A DNA stretch of 26,818 bases from Gonapodya sp. JEL0774 (Eukaryota). Made by a program: the position numbers and the translations under genes. The notes beneath the pieces were generated by a model. That model ran no database searches and was not told the DNA's origin. It saw only the letters and a program-made list of their open reading frames with translations. The stretch spans positions 62,001 to 88,818 of the forward strand of contig JADIIX010000092.1 of assembly GCA_027604505.1 (NCBI GenBank). The letters run 5' to 3'. This document shows positions 1 through 11,092 of the stretch, one piece after another (within the stretch, counting starts at the first letter, position 1; each line of letters begins with the position of its first letter).

Positions 1-1217
1 TGTCTGATGTGGATCAACATGACTCTTCACAATGCAACGCAAAGAGTGAGTCCACTCGGGAAATGCCTGCATCCAATCGTCCAGCGGAATGAACGACTTA
101 CATCAAGTGCGCGTGGAGAAAGTAAAATGTATGAACAGGCATCTTGCTTCTCGCTTGTGAAGGTATATGGCCGCTATATATCAACCGGCGGATTGATGCC
201 AAATACGTAAGGTAAAGCGGCATGTGGGGTTTCCAACCTTGACATGTGGCATCCACTTCCGCTCCACATATCACAATAGCAAGAACAGATATGATAGCAC
301 TGTAAGTCAGCAAGTGGTGACGTTGCATGCCTCCAGGATGGCGTGAGGAATTACCTGTCCGCTGGCAGAGGATGTGTCCCGCCCTCGCGTTTGGCGGCTT
401 GAGGACTCGCAGAAGCGCGAGCTATGGACAAATTCTCATGACATGTTGATTTAATCAGGTTCGTTGGTAGATTGAAGTGCGTGAACGGCCTGCAAGGTCA
501 ATTCAGAAGGATTCAGGCGATGGGAACCAAAGAGACACCGGCGGAAGAAGTCCGCAGCAATCATGGACATGAATAGAACCTGTTGCAGCTGAGAGTAGTT
601 ATGAACCTTTGGTCTTCTTAGGAAGATATCCGGGACGTGAGGGTGCCAGATTTAAGACAGATTGCGCACGATGCGGGTGTGTGGATAGAAGGACTGCGGG
701 CGGGCGCCCGTGCACGGTGGGAGATCCAGTTTCTGCAGCACAACCATGTGTCTGCCCATAACGCAGAAACCCCTTCATTATCTGACCAAGGCACTGCCGC
801 AGGACACTTTCCATGAGCATGAGCAGCACTGGTGTGGAATGAGCAGGTACACAGCACAGCACGCAGATTTGGCACGAAAGTCGTACAAGCCGCCATGGCA
901 CGAGCACAAGAGAATCGCCAGACAAGCCCACTGTGAATGAGAGTGAAATCAGAGCGTCGGGAAGACTCCCGACGCTGGGTTACGCGTTACCGATGTGGAG
1001 GTCAATTAGATTGAGACCAATAGACTGACTTTGTTTGCAGACAATAATCAACCGATTACCAGTTTCTTGGCTGAAAATGAGTTTTGTATTTGAATGGCTT
1101 TGGGGAGGCGAGGAAAGCGACAACACTGTGAGAACCTCATCCCAGATCCGATAATGCAATTACGGGAGCGGCGTGAATGAGCGAGCGCGTCGCATTCAAA
1201 CCAAAAACACTTAATCG

Positions 1218-4200
1218 ATGGAGCCGGAAAAGGCGCGCGATGCCGAAGCGAAGGTGAAGATGGAATTTGGGGAATCTGGGATGACCACGCAGGTGTCTCT
1301 GTCTCCCACACTTGGAAACCCCACAATCCAACAGGGACAGACTGAACCTGCAGACGGTTCGCCACAAATCCAGTCGTCTTTGGCGCAAACCTTACCGCCG
1401 CCGCCGTCGTCGTCGTCTCGCACCATCTTTGCTGCGTTGCTCCACCTTGTTCGCACAAATGACAGAAGCGGCCTCCGCCATCTAATAAAGTCAAATAATA
1501 AGACTCTCGTGGTGCTTAGGAATGGGAAGGATGATTCGGGCTCTGGTTTGCTTGCTCATGCAGTTGTGTGCGGACACATGGACATGGTGGCCTTGCTACT
1601 GAAGGTGCGTTATCAGTTTACCGCACCCCCTTAAGAGTCCGGGCTTGCTATGTGGATACGTGTGTGTCTAGCGTGATGTGTGTATAAGTGTGTGTGAACG
1701 ATAGGAGCTCTGGTGTTAGCTTGTTTGAAGATGGTTGGTGGCAGAACACCAAATGCACTCGAGGCTCAAGCGGTGGCGCTCGAGTATTGGTGCGCTTGGA
1801 CACATATTTCAGATGCGGGTCCGAGATCTAGGACTTAGAACCTGAGCCCAAGTGACGAGGTTGACGTTCTCTTCTTTCTGGTGTGCAAACACATTCACCA
1901 CGCGGCAACCTGGACCTCCCAGCTGGCATGTGATCCAAATTCCGCCAACGCTTATGGCTGGACCCCTCTCACTCTAGCTGCCTACTATGGCCTGACAGAT
2001 TGCGTCGGCCTCCTTCTTCGGGCTGACACTGCCTCTGCGACCGGCGACACGGGTGAAAGAGATCGAGGAGTAGGCAAGGCAGACGAACGGCCGGCTTTCT
2101 GGGGTGGAGTTGATGGCTCGACTCCCACAAGCCCCCCTTCCATCTCCTTATTCCACTCGGCACTCTCACCCGCCGACCCCAACGCCACGACCGCGCTCGG
2201 GTTCTCTCCGCTTATGTGCGCTGTCGCTAATGGTCACCACGATATTGTGCGGCTCTTGTGTCTCGGAGGTCGTAGCGGTGACAACTCAGTTGGTACGTCC
2301 GCCCCTACCGCGGGTAACTCCCGAAGTCCCCCGGGAAGCCGCGATATCGACATGGATAACAACTACATTGCGCGGAGCGCTGATGGCCGTGGATGGCCAG
2401 TAGGCTCACTTGACTCGCACAACGACCCCCGTGCGGGCCGCCGTCTGGTGTCATCGTCAGATCAACATCATCATCGCCAGACCAGCAACAGCCACTACCA
2501 CCCCCCACATGCCGCAATAAATCTCCGTCAAACGCATGGGCTTGGATTGACCGCTCTGATGCTCGCAGCGCACGCTGGGTCGCTCTCCGCATGCCAGTTC
2601 TTCATCAACCTCCATGCCGAAGTCAACGCCCAATCGAAACTCAACGGGTGGACGCCACTCATGTACGGTACTGCTGCACGGAACGCGAGCGTGGTACGGG
2701 CTCTGTTGGATGCCGGTGCGGATCCTGGTATCGCGAACAATTCGGGAGAGACGGCACTTGAGGTTGCCATACATTGCGAATGGGCTGAAGGGGTCGATAT
2801 GTTGGCACGGGCCGTGGGAATCGACGAAGAAGTGCTGTTTCGGGCGCTTGAGGGTGCTGCAGGCGGCAGCAGTGGAACGAGTGGGGATCACAGCAGTTTA
2901 GACAGTTCAGGGACAAGTTCGTTCGCTGGAACGGTTTCATTTGGCGCGGGAGGTGGCGGAGGAGGTGCTGGTACTGGATTTGGTGCCCGTGCCCTCCCAG
3001 CAAGCTCAACCCCCTTGGAACAGCCACCGACACCTCAACGCTCCTCCACATCTTCACACGATGTACATACACCTGCGAATCCCTTGCCCATTCCATCCCG
3101 TCATCATCGCCTTACTTCTGCCCCGCCGGTTCCACCTATCGCGACCAACTCGTTCCCTTCATCGCAATCAGCTAACAGCCCATCTCTGAATCCTGTCTCC
3201 CCAGTGTCTCCTACGTCCCCATCTTCTCCCCACGCACCCCGTCCGTTCCGTCCGAGTGCTGTTCTCCATAAAAGAAGACCGAGCGCTGGGGCATTTGCCG
3301 GTTGGGACGACACCGAAGTGGAGGCTGAGAGGTCTTTCCTGGCGGGATCAGGAAGCGGTGCGGGGCTTGGCGGGAAGAGGACGGGATCGGGAGGATTGAG
3401 TGTGGGTGTGGAGAGAACAGTGAGTGTTCAGGGATTCCCACTGTGTATAGATTCAGTGCAGCCAGTTATGCTACGCTCCGATTTAAACGGCGCTCATTCC
3501 TCGCACCGACACCTTTTCCCTCCCCTCTTAGGGCCTTCTTTCTCGCCTTGCATCCAAATTCCTCTTCCGCTCACCCCGCCGCGAAATGTCCTCCTCGCCG
3601 TCGGCTTCATCTGCCACATCGTCCGCCTCCGTCACGGGGAGACATGTACCAGACAGAACCACATCACCAACGCCTATGACGTCCGGCTCAACACCCGTGT
3701 TTGCTCTATCCCTGCCAGCCCCCGTTATATCGTCGAAGAACTCTCCACCCCCGCCTTTCACGAATCCGTTCGACACCACAACGCCTTCATCCACAACCAC
3801 ATATTCTGCAGCCACGACTCTTGCCGGTTTAGCACAGGCACAAGCGCCAAATGCACCTGTCTCGTCGTTTCTCACACGGGATGGAAGTTTGGCAACTCTG
3901 GGGCGACTTCACAACTCTGGACGCCCTCCTGGGGTGTACGATGACGACGGTGGTGCTGGTGGGGCCCGCGGAATAGCAGGATGGGGAGTAAGTAATGGCT
4001 GCCTGCTGATTTTACGAACAGGTTGGGAAGTATTTCTCACGTTACCGTTTTGTTGCGCTCTTTAGTCGCCCTCCATTGGCCCTTCCATGTCCAGTCTACC
4101 CTCATTCTCCTCTCATAATGGTTCCCGATACCCCTCGCGGGACGGGTCAAGCCACTTTGAGCTGTCTGTGGGGCAAGCAGGTGGCAGGGAGAAGGGGTTG

Positions 4201-5299
4201 TCAGGGACTGTCGGCATACTTAGCAACGGAAGCGTGAATGCGGATGGTCACCAGAACGTCTATGTTTCTCACGGCGTGGGGGGAAATCCCGTGGTTCATT
4301 CACACAACTATACCCATTCGCGCACATTTACCCATGAACGTCGATCCAGCGGGAACGCTCATCCTGCTGCGAATATTGCACCAGTTGCCAATGCCGCCCC
4401 ACTGCACGCGCGTTCAGGTTCGCTCGCTGCCGTGCGAGTAGAACTGGGCCCGACAGGGATTAACGGAGGGCCGGCTTCAGCACCAAGTTCCGCTGGGATA
4501 AAGAGGAGCCCCAGTGCTGGAGTGGCTGCCGGCGGAGGATTGAGTCACGTAGGGCGGGAGGTTAAAAGAGGGACGACAGGGAGCGTAACAAGTAGGGAAG
4601 GAAGAGGGGGACACAGAGGTGAGAGAGTTCCGACGGGTACTTGGTTGGGACTGTCCCTTACTGTTCCACTGATTCCGTCAGAGGATCCCACGTTTCCGGC
4701 TCTACCTATGCTCCCGCATACTCCACCTGTGCTACCTCGTACTGACCGCAGCCCTGTCCGCCGACTAGCGAGCCATTCCACGGTTAATAGTGACGCTCCA
4801 ATCAGTATGACAGGTGGGGCGGGTTCGAGCGAACGTGCCCTAAGCGCAGATGCCAGAGGCTATGTGGGAACACCCATGCAATTGCCGAGAGGAGGGAGAT
4901 TGCCGGAGCTTGGTGGGTGATTCGTGAACTTTTGCGGGTTTGATATATTAAATGGGTCACATCCCAACTTTGTCCGTGCAATTCACAGACCCTACGACCG
5001 TACACGTTCCGTCATCTTTCGATGACATCCGTCTGAAATCTCGCCATCGTACTGTTAGCGAAACCATCGCTCCGCGTCTGCCGTTCGATCCAGGCTCACT
5101 CAACTTGGGTTCAAAGCCAGGGTCAGGAGGGCCGAGACTGACTCCAGTGGCCCCGAAAGTGCGCCGAGACTCACATTCCGCTGGCGCAGGGACGGGTGGT
5201 GATGGGCAAACGGTGCAGGCGCCTGTTCGAAGCTCTATGAGGAAGAGCTTATCCATTCAGCCGAAGAGTTCGGGAGTTGCAATGGAGCATCAATTTTGA
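1218..5299 (+). CDS. Ankyrin-repeat protein with long disordered Ser/Pro/Gly-rich C-terminus (ANKS6-like ankyrin region); 5 exons
   Basis: Exons 1218-1604, 1923-3419, 3532-3987, 4066-4912 and 4989-5299 join in frame through GT..AG sites (GTGCGT, GTGAGT, GTAAGT, GTGGGT donors). Ankyrin motifs: GWTPLTLAAYYG, GFSPLMCAVANGH, GLTALMLAAHAG, GWTPLMYG, GETALEVA. Confidence 0.85.
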
Positions 5300-5378
5300 T
5301 TGTTAAGTGTGCTTGATAGTCCATGTACGATAGTTGTAAATGCAAACAATGGCTGTATATATATATTGCAAGTTCCCC

Positions 5379-6762
5379 TCACGCAGCAACTTCGGCAACG
5401 ATTTTGTCTAATCGTTGCCTGAGGCCCACCAACTTGTCTCTCTCGCGCTCAAGTGAGGGAATCGCATCCCTTTCGTGCGTTTCGATAGCTCGTTTGAGGA
5501 GCTCCACCTCCTTCTCAAGGGCGGCGGACGCAGCACCACCATCCGCAGAGGATCCGAAGAGGGCAGCATTATAGGATTTTGTGGGAGCAGAGACGTTCTC
5601 AATGGATCGGACGAATTCATGGCGATTCGCGTGATCTTGAAATTTCCAAGAGGTGAGAAGTTGCTACCCCGAGAGGTTGAGGGAGCCTGCCAACGCACCT
5701 GGTTGCTTTCTCCCATCCTCGGATTTGACAATCTCTTTGAAGATTTTGTCGGGAAGCGTCTCTGGAATCGCTTTTCCTTAACGCGCAACAGCAAACGGGG
5801 GGTTTATCCAATTTTAAACGAACAATCGGGGAGTTGCTACCTTTCCTCCGTGAAGATACAAGGTGGTAGAAGTACACAAACTGAGTTTCATTTAGTCGGC
5901 CCGTCTGGAGATAGTCGACGAGATCCCAGCATTTCAGGTATTCGTCCCGGGGCAATCGAGAATCATGGTAGATATCCTCGACGTCCGCGCCTATGAAACA
6001 GCACGAGTTGAGCAAGGTAATTCCCGCAAGAGTAATGCAAAAACGCTTACGGAGCACGTAGTCGTTCTTTGATCTACGGGTGAATTGTGATTCAATTTGG
6101 AACTTTTCAGAAGGAGCGATATAAAAGTCAAATTCCGGTGCCTTGCTCTTTAGTTTTCGGGTACGGAGAGGCAAAAAGCCAAGCAATGAGACCTTTTCAT
6201 CACAGAGATTGTAAGTCCAAGGGATACTGCTTACCGGGACGGATGTGACAGGTGGTTTCGCAGTTGCCTGCGGCACGAACGCTGGCGAGGAGGAGGTTGT
6301 GAGGGCAGTGGGAGGTAGAAGATCCTCGAAGCCCTCTATTTTCGGCAGGGGTAAGGCTTTTGGTGGAGATAGAGATTAGTAAGAACTTTGCAGGTAAGGT
6401 GTGTGCTGACGGAAGCCCACGTTGGGAGCCAACAGTCCGTGGATCCGGTACGCCATTCTGAAGTGCAGCGATGCACCGAAGCATTGCAAAAACAGTTGGT
6501 TGATCCACCAGCGCCAGGCTGCCTGGGTTACATATCTTTGTGGTTCAAGTTAGCGAATATCTCAGGTGACCCATCACGATATTATGTTCGCTCTCACCTC
6601 CCAAACTGCCGCCAAACGATCTGTGCTCAATCGCGAGCCACTGAGAAAAGATGCCGCTGATGCAGCCTGTATGGCTGGGAAAGGATTCCCCCCCGTAAGC
6701 CTGTTCCAAAATGAACCATAGAACTGTCTCTCAGAATCTGAAATGGGTGTTCCGAAAGACAT
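5379..6762 (-). CDS. END3: End3-like EH-domain endocytosis/actin cortical patch protein (multi-exon)
   Basis: N-terminal EH domain (ISDSERQFYGSFW...SGSRLSTDRLAAVWE). End3-like linker EFDFYIAPSEK. Second EH domain (SRLPRDEYLKCWDLVD...QFVYFYHLV...GKAIPETLP). C-terminal coiled coil (LEKEVELLKRAIE...LRQRLDKIVAEVAA*), TGA at 5379-5381. Confidence 0.75.
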
Positions 6763-6849
6763 CTGGTGGGATCAAGGCGATTGCGAGGTGCAAGAGCTGG
6801 TAGGAAGAGCAGAGGGTTCTATTGTTGGTTTATAATAACAATCATATGT

Positions 6850-8741
6850 CTAAGCGCTGACCGTGGCCATCTGGTTTCGCAATTCTCGTGTCTCCGTCTG
6901 AGTGAAGACAATGGAACTCTTCCTAAATCCGTTGAAGTTACTGGCAGCGCACAATGTATAAGCGCCCATCTGATAGTCGTTTAAGAGAGGCTCAGTTGGG
7001 TTGGATGATGTGCTCGAAAGGACTTCGTCACTCACGCTACTAAAATACAACCAGTCACCAACGTCTAACACAGGAAGCTCGGCTGTTTTGGCGATACAGT
7101 CGATAGAATCACAAGTCTGGGCAACGGCGAGGTTAAGTTACATTTGCTCGTTCGACATGGGAAGCCGACTTGTTATCTCACCGGTCCCCACAACGAGCAC
7201 GGGAACTTATGTTCGACAGCAGAAGACTCGTACAGGTACTCGCCATCTTTTTTAAGCACTTTGGGAGATGCGACAGCATGATCAAACATGATGTTGTTGA
7301 AGCTCCCGTACATCCCATCATTGATGTAGTCTGCAAATATTGAACGAATGCCAGGTAAGACGCTGATACAAGAATCAAAATAAACAGAGTACCTACACAT
7401 GAATGATGCATTTTGGTAGTCGCCTTTTGAGACCTGCTCGAGAACCTCTTCCGACTGCCCTTCGTCACCATTGAGGGGTATCACTCGACGAGCAACTACG
7501 TTCACGGCAAGTGTGAAGGCTGCAGACACGAAGTATCGCCCAGGTTCCGCGATGACTTTCACAGATGGAGGGAAAAGCTTGTCGATAGTAGGAGCCAGGG
7601 AGGTAGCAACGTCCTCAAATGTAATTCCATCACTGTCCGCACCAGGAAAGCCGCCGCCAACTACACAAAGCGTCATTGTTATTCACAAAGTGGGGTGATA
7701 AATTGAGGTGTCTCCTTGCTTACTGTCGAGGAGGCGCATATTAAATCCCTGAGCCTCTCCTTCGTCGAATACCTTGCGTGCAGTTATGACAGCGTCACGG
7801 AAGGCTGTGGCGTCGAAGCACCCACTGCCGACGTGGAAGCTACATCCGAGCAAAATTCTAAGTCACCATATGAATCAATCTCCACTAACTCCCGAGCTCA
7901 CCTGACGCCAACAACATTGAGGTCCAACTCTTTGGCGAGTCGAAGCAGGATAGAGGCAGAGCTCGGTGAAGCGCCAAACTTCAACCCGAGCTTACACAGA
8001 GACTTGGAGTCATCCGCGAGAACTCGGAGAATGAGCTCCGCTTCTGGGTGATTCTTCTTCACTTTGCGAAGCTCGTCTGCGTTGTCAAAGGTAAGCATTT
8101 TGACTCCGTTGACTGCTGCGTATTTCAAGTGGGAAACCTGCTTGCACGGATTCGCGTAGATAATCTCTGATGGTGATACTCCGAGAGCGAGAACCGTCTC
8201 GATTTCCGCCTATAAAAAATACCACAGCAAGGGTGAAATCACGACTCAGTTTGATTGTAAATCGCATATACGCACCCTGCTTGCGCAGTCGAAACCAGCT
8301 CCAAGAGCAACGAGTTGTTTCACAACGGTGCGGTCCGGGTTGCATTTCACAGCTGAGCAAGATTGACAGATACAGGTATTTCCGTCAATGATGGTTCTAC
8401 CCAGAATCGGTGCAAATTTCCCGCTCACCATAAAACGGCTTCACCCGCGGCAAAAGTCTGTTCCACTTGACATACTGCTTTACGATAGAGCCAAGGTCGC
8501 AAACAAAGAATGCATCCTCGTCTCCCTCCACACTGCCAGAATTTTCTGTCCGAGCGCGGAGAATCTTGTCCACGGACCTCTGCTCGCTGAACAAGTCCGA
8601 GAAGTCCAAGTCCGAGTCGACCTGAGCGCTCTGGAGGATGGTCTTTGGGTTTGGTGCAGATTGCAAAGACTTGGTCTTCACAATGGTTTGGTCAAAGGGG
8701 GCGATGCCCGATAAGTTGGCGGTTTCGATTTCGGCACCCAT
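6850..8741 (-). CDS. SPE1: Ornithine decarboxylase (PLP-dependent, fold III); 8 exons
   Basis: Exons 8741-8429, 8352-8276, 8209-7902, 7839-7724, 7660-7397, 7330-7182, 7116-7036 and 6969-6850. Motifs: PFYAVKCN (PLP lysine), GFDCAS, IIYANPCK, KFGA, SFHVGSG, DIGGGFPG, IAEPGRYF, YINDGMYGSF, WGPTCDS (catalytic Cys), MGAYT, FNGF. Confidence 0.96.
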
Positions 8742-8769
8742 GTGTATGACGTGCTCGGTGTGGGGTATG

Positions 8770-9010
8770 TCACCAAGGAGGGGCAGCTGGATGAAGTGGA
8801 GTCGGGGGATGAGTTTTATATCAAATATATGGATAGGTTCAGGCGGGAAGGAGGGAGGGCGAAGATGAGTCCAAAGTCGCAAATGGCGAAGGTCGGTGAA
8901 GGTGAGACATTCGAGACATTCCATCGCACGTTCGCACATGGTAAACCTTCCAGAAGACACCCACCAAAGGCACCGTTACCGCCGATCACCCTTTTACGGA
9001 ATTCGGGAAT
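8770..9010 (-). promoter_or_regulatory. Non-AUG (AUU) spliced uORF (uCC) in the ODC 5' leader, ending PPW-stop
   Basis: Minus strand: ACA-ATT-CCC-GAA-TTC-CGT-AAA-AGG..., with ATT at 9010-9008 and A at -3. Phase-1 donor G|GTGGGT at 8964, acceptor CATCCAG| ending 8787, then CT GCC CCT CCT TGG TGA (stop 8772-8770). Product is IPEFRKRVIGGNGAFAAPPW*, ending 28 nt before the ODC AUG. Confidence 0.8.
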
Positions 9011-9279
9011 TGTGTAGCGCAGAGGCGAGCTCGATGGCCCCTCTGCTCTTGTGAGAAAAGAAAGTTGGTGTGCTGAGCGCGACTCTCTCCGTCTGGATCG
9101 ACGAGGAGGAAGGTCGAGCGCGAGGACGGAAAGGCTCTGAAAGTCAAGGCGCGAGAGCAGACCGCGTGGATGCTTTCGCTGGGAGAATGAAAAGTGGAAG
9201 TTTGAAAAGAGAAACCCCGCTGTCAGCTCATTATTCTGAAATTTCGAAGCAGGAACAAAGAATAATATGCAATAATATA

Positions 9280-10799
9280 TCACATCACAGGTTCCTTCCC
9301 CGTCAAGAGTTTAAATGCTTGAACGTATTTATCTAGTGTATTACGCACGACGTCTTCCGGTAACTCTATCCCGTGGGTCTTGTCAAACCCAATCTTTTCG
9401 AGGTAATCTCGCAGGTACTGTTTGTCGAAACTGAGAAGCAGAAACGTAACGAAGAGAAAGAGAATTGAGCATCGATTTTATCCAAGGTTCAACCACATTC
9501 CAGGAAGATTCGAACCTATCTTGAGATCGTCCTGGCTCGTACTTGTCTCGAGGCCAGAAGCGGGAAGAGTCTGGTGGAGGAACGCTTGAGATACGCCTAG
9601 GCGCGACAGCCACCACAAGCGACTGCAAATCCATCACCAAATCATGTGATTCCTCACCAGGAGTCAGCACTTCGTCCGCAAGGATCAATTCACCCTCCAG
9701 GTCGACCCCGAACTCGAATTTGGTATCTGCAATTATGATGCCCCGTTCTGCGGCATAGTCGCGAGCCTGGCGATGGAGGGACTTCGATGAATTTGTGGTG
9801 CGGGCATAGAGACATAGAAAGTGACACGGCACGCAGACCTTTCCGTACAGTTTGACAGCAGCCCCAGACATTTTCTGTGCGAGTTCGGCTCCCACCAGTG
9901 TGGCTACTGTAAAGGATAGCAAGAGATGAGGAGGGCCCCGGGCATGATCAATCAATCGTGTGATATGGTCACCTTTACTAGGGTGAATGTTTTCGTCTGA
10001 AAATCAGCTCAATAGACTGTTAGTTAGGATTCGCGAGAGACAAAGGGGATGAGGATGAGAATAACGTTTACTCACCATGCTGTCCGAGTTCTGCCTTTGT
10101 GGACGGGGTGAACAAGGCTTCCGGGAGTTTCGAGGATTCCTTCAATCCCGATGGAATCTCAATGTCACAAATCGTGCCTGGATCCCTCCGCTGGGGTTAG
10201 CCAACCGGACCCGGAATTTAGGCGACAGAGAACAACGGTACCTTTCTTTTTGTACTCTGCCCACCCAGAACCTGAAAAACAGAAACCCTTGATGATTGAG
10301 CAACGGGGAGACGCCGGCGAACGGATCAAGGTGGCTCAACATACCGGCGACATACCCTCGGACGATTGCCTCCACTGGCAAGATCTTGACCTTGCGAACA
10401 AGCATTACGCGCCCTTCCAGCTGATCCTTGTACTTTTGCACGATTGGGGGCATTTTGGCAAGGTCGGTGGCGATGAGGTGATTTGGGAGTACATCAGCCA
10501 GAAGACTGAACCAGAAAACCGAGAGTTGAGTGAGAACTTTTCCCTTGCCGGGGATTCCCTGTCAAATCGACGACACGGCGAGAATGGCAAGCCGATGCAG
10601 GACTATGAGGGTCATATGGGCACGAGGATATGTCCAGTGATTTGCGTACGTTCTTCATGATGACATCAAAAGCAGAGATTCTGTCCGTTGCGACAAATAG
10701 GAGAGAGGAATCGTCGATTTCATACAGGTCTCTGACTTTTCCGCGGGCGACGAGTTTGAGTTCTGGGCAGTGGGTTTCTGTGATTGCGGGTCCAGTCAT
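9280..10799 (-). CDS. ADE1: SAICAR synthetase (phosphoribosylaminoimidazole-succinocarboxamide synthase); multi-exon
   Basis: Motifs [66 protein letters not shown]. Stop TGA at 9282-9280. Confidence 0.95.
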
Positions 10800-11092
10800 C
10801 ACGTGTTGAGTGTGGAGAAACAAGAGAGCTTAGTGTTTCTGCGTGTCGGGCAACTAGGGAATCTACATAGAAACGCATCCGAAAACCGTGATCCGAAATC
10901 CCCAAGGGCATAAGCGCCCTCAGTGAAAGCATAAAATCGTCCGACGCCGCGGCGGATACGGCAGTGCTTATTATTACGTATTGTGTACATTTCCTCCTTT
11001 GTAGCCCTTCCTTTTCTCCTTACCAGTCAACTACACTCGCAGGATTCGTCGCATGCATGCAATTTTTCATGTAATACTGTGTCTATTCTATA

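Noticed and set aside
1..1000. Short ORFs on both strands and an intron-like GTAATT...CTGAC..ACAG on the minus strand (~355-300)
   Set aside because: No coherent spliced reading frame or recognisable domain could be assembled. It may be a UTR, a non-coding transcript or a gene I cannot resolve.
1650..1697. GT-rich microsatellite-like tract
   Set aside because: Short, imperfect and intronic, so ordinary low-complexity sequence.
3420..3944. C-terminal part of the 687-aa ORF 1881-3944
   Set aside because: Read-through of an intron (donor 3420, acceptor 3531). The true exon 3 is in another frame.
6850..8741. Interpretation of the ODC homologue as a catalytically dead antizyme inhibitor
   Set aside because: The PLP lysine (AVKCN), GGGFPG loop, EPGR and catalytic Cys (GPTCD) are all intact.
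8816..9283. 155-aa minus-strand ORF between ADE1 and ODC as an independent gene
   Set aside because: It starts at a non-AUG codon overlapping the ADE1 stop. Only the segment from the AUU at 9010 to the splice donor appears meaningful.
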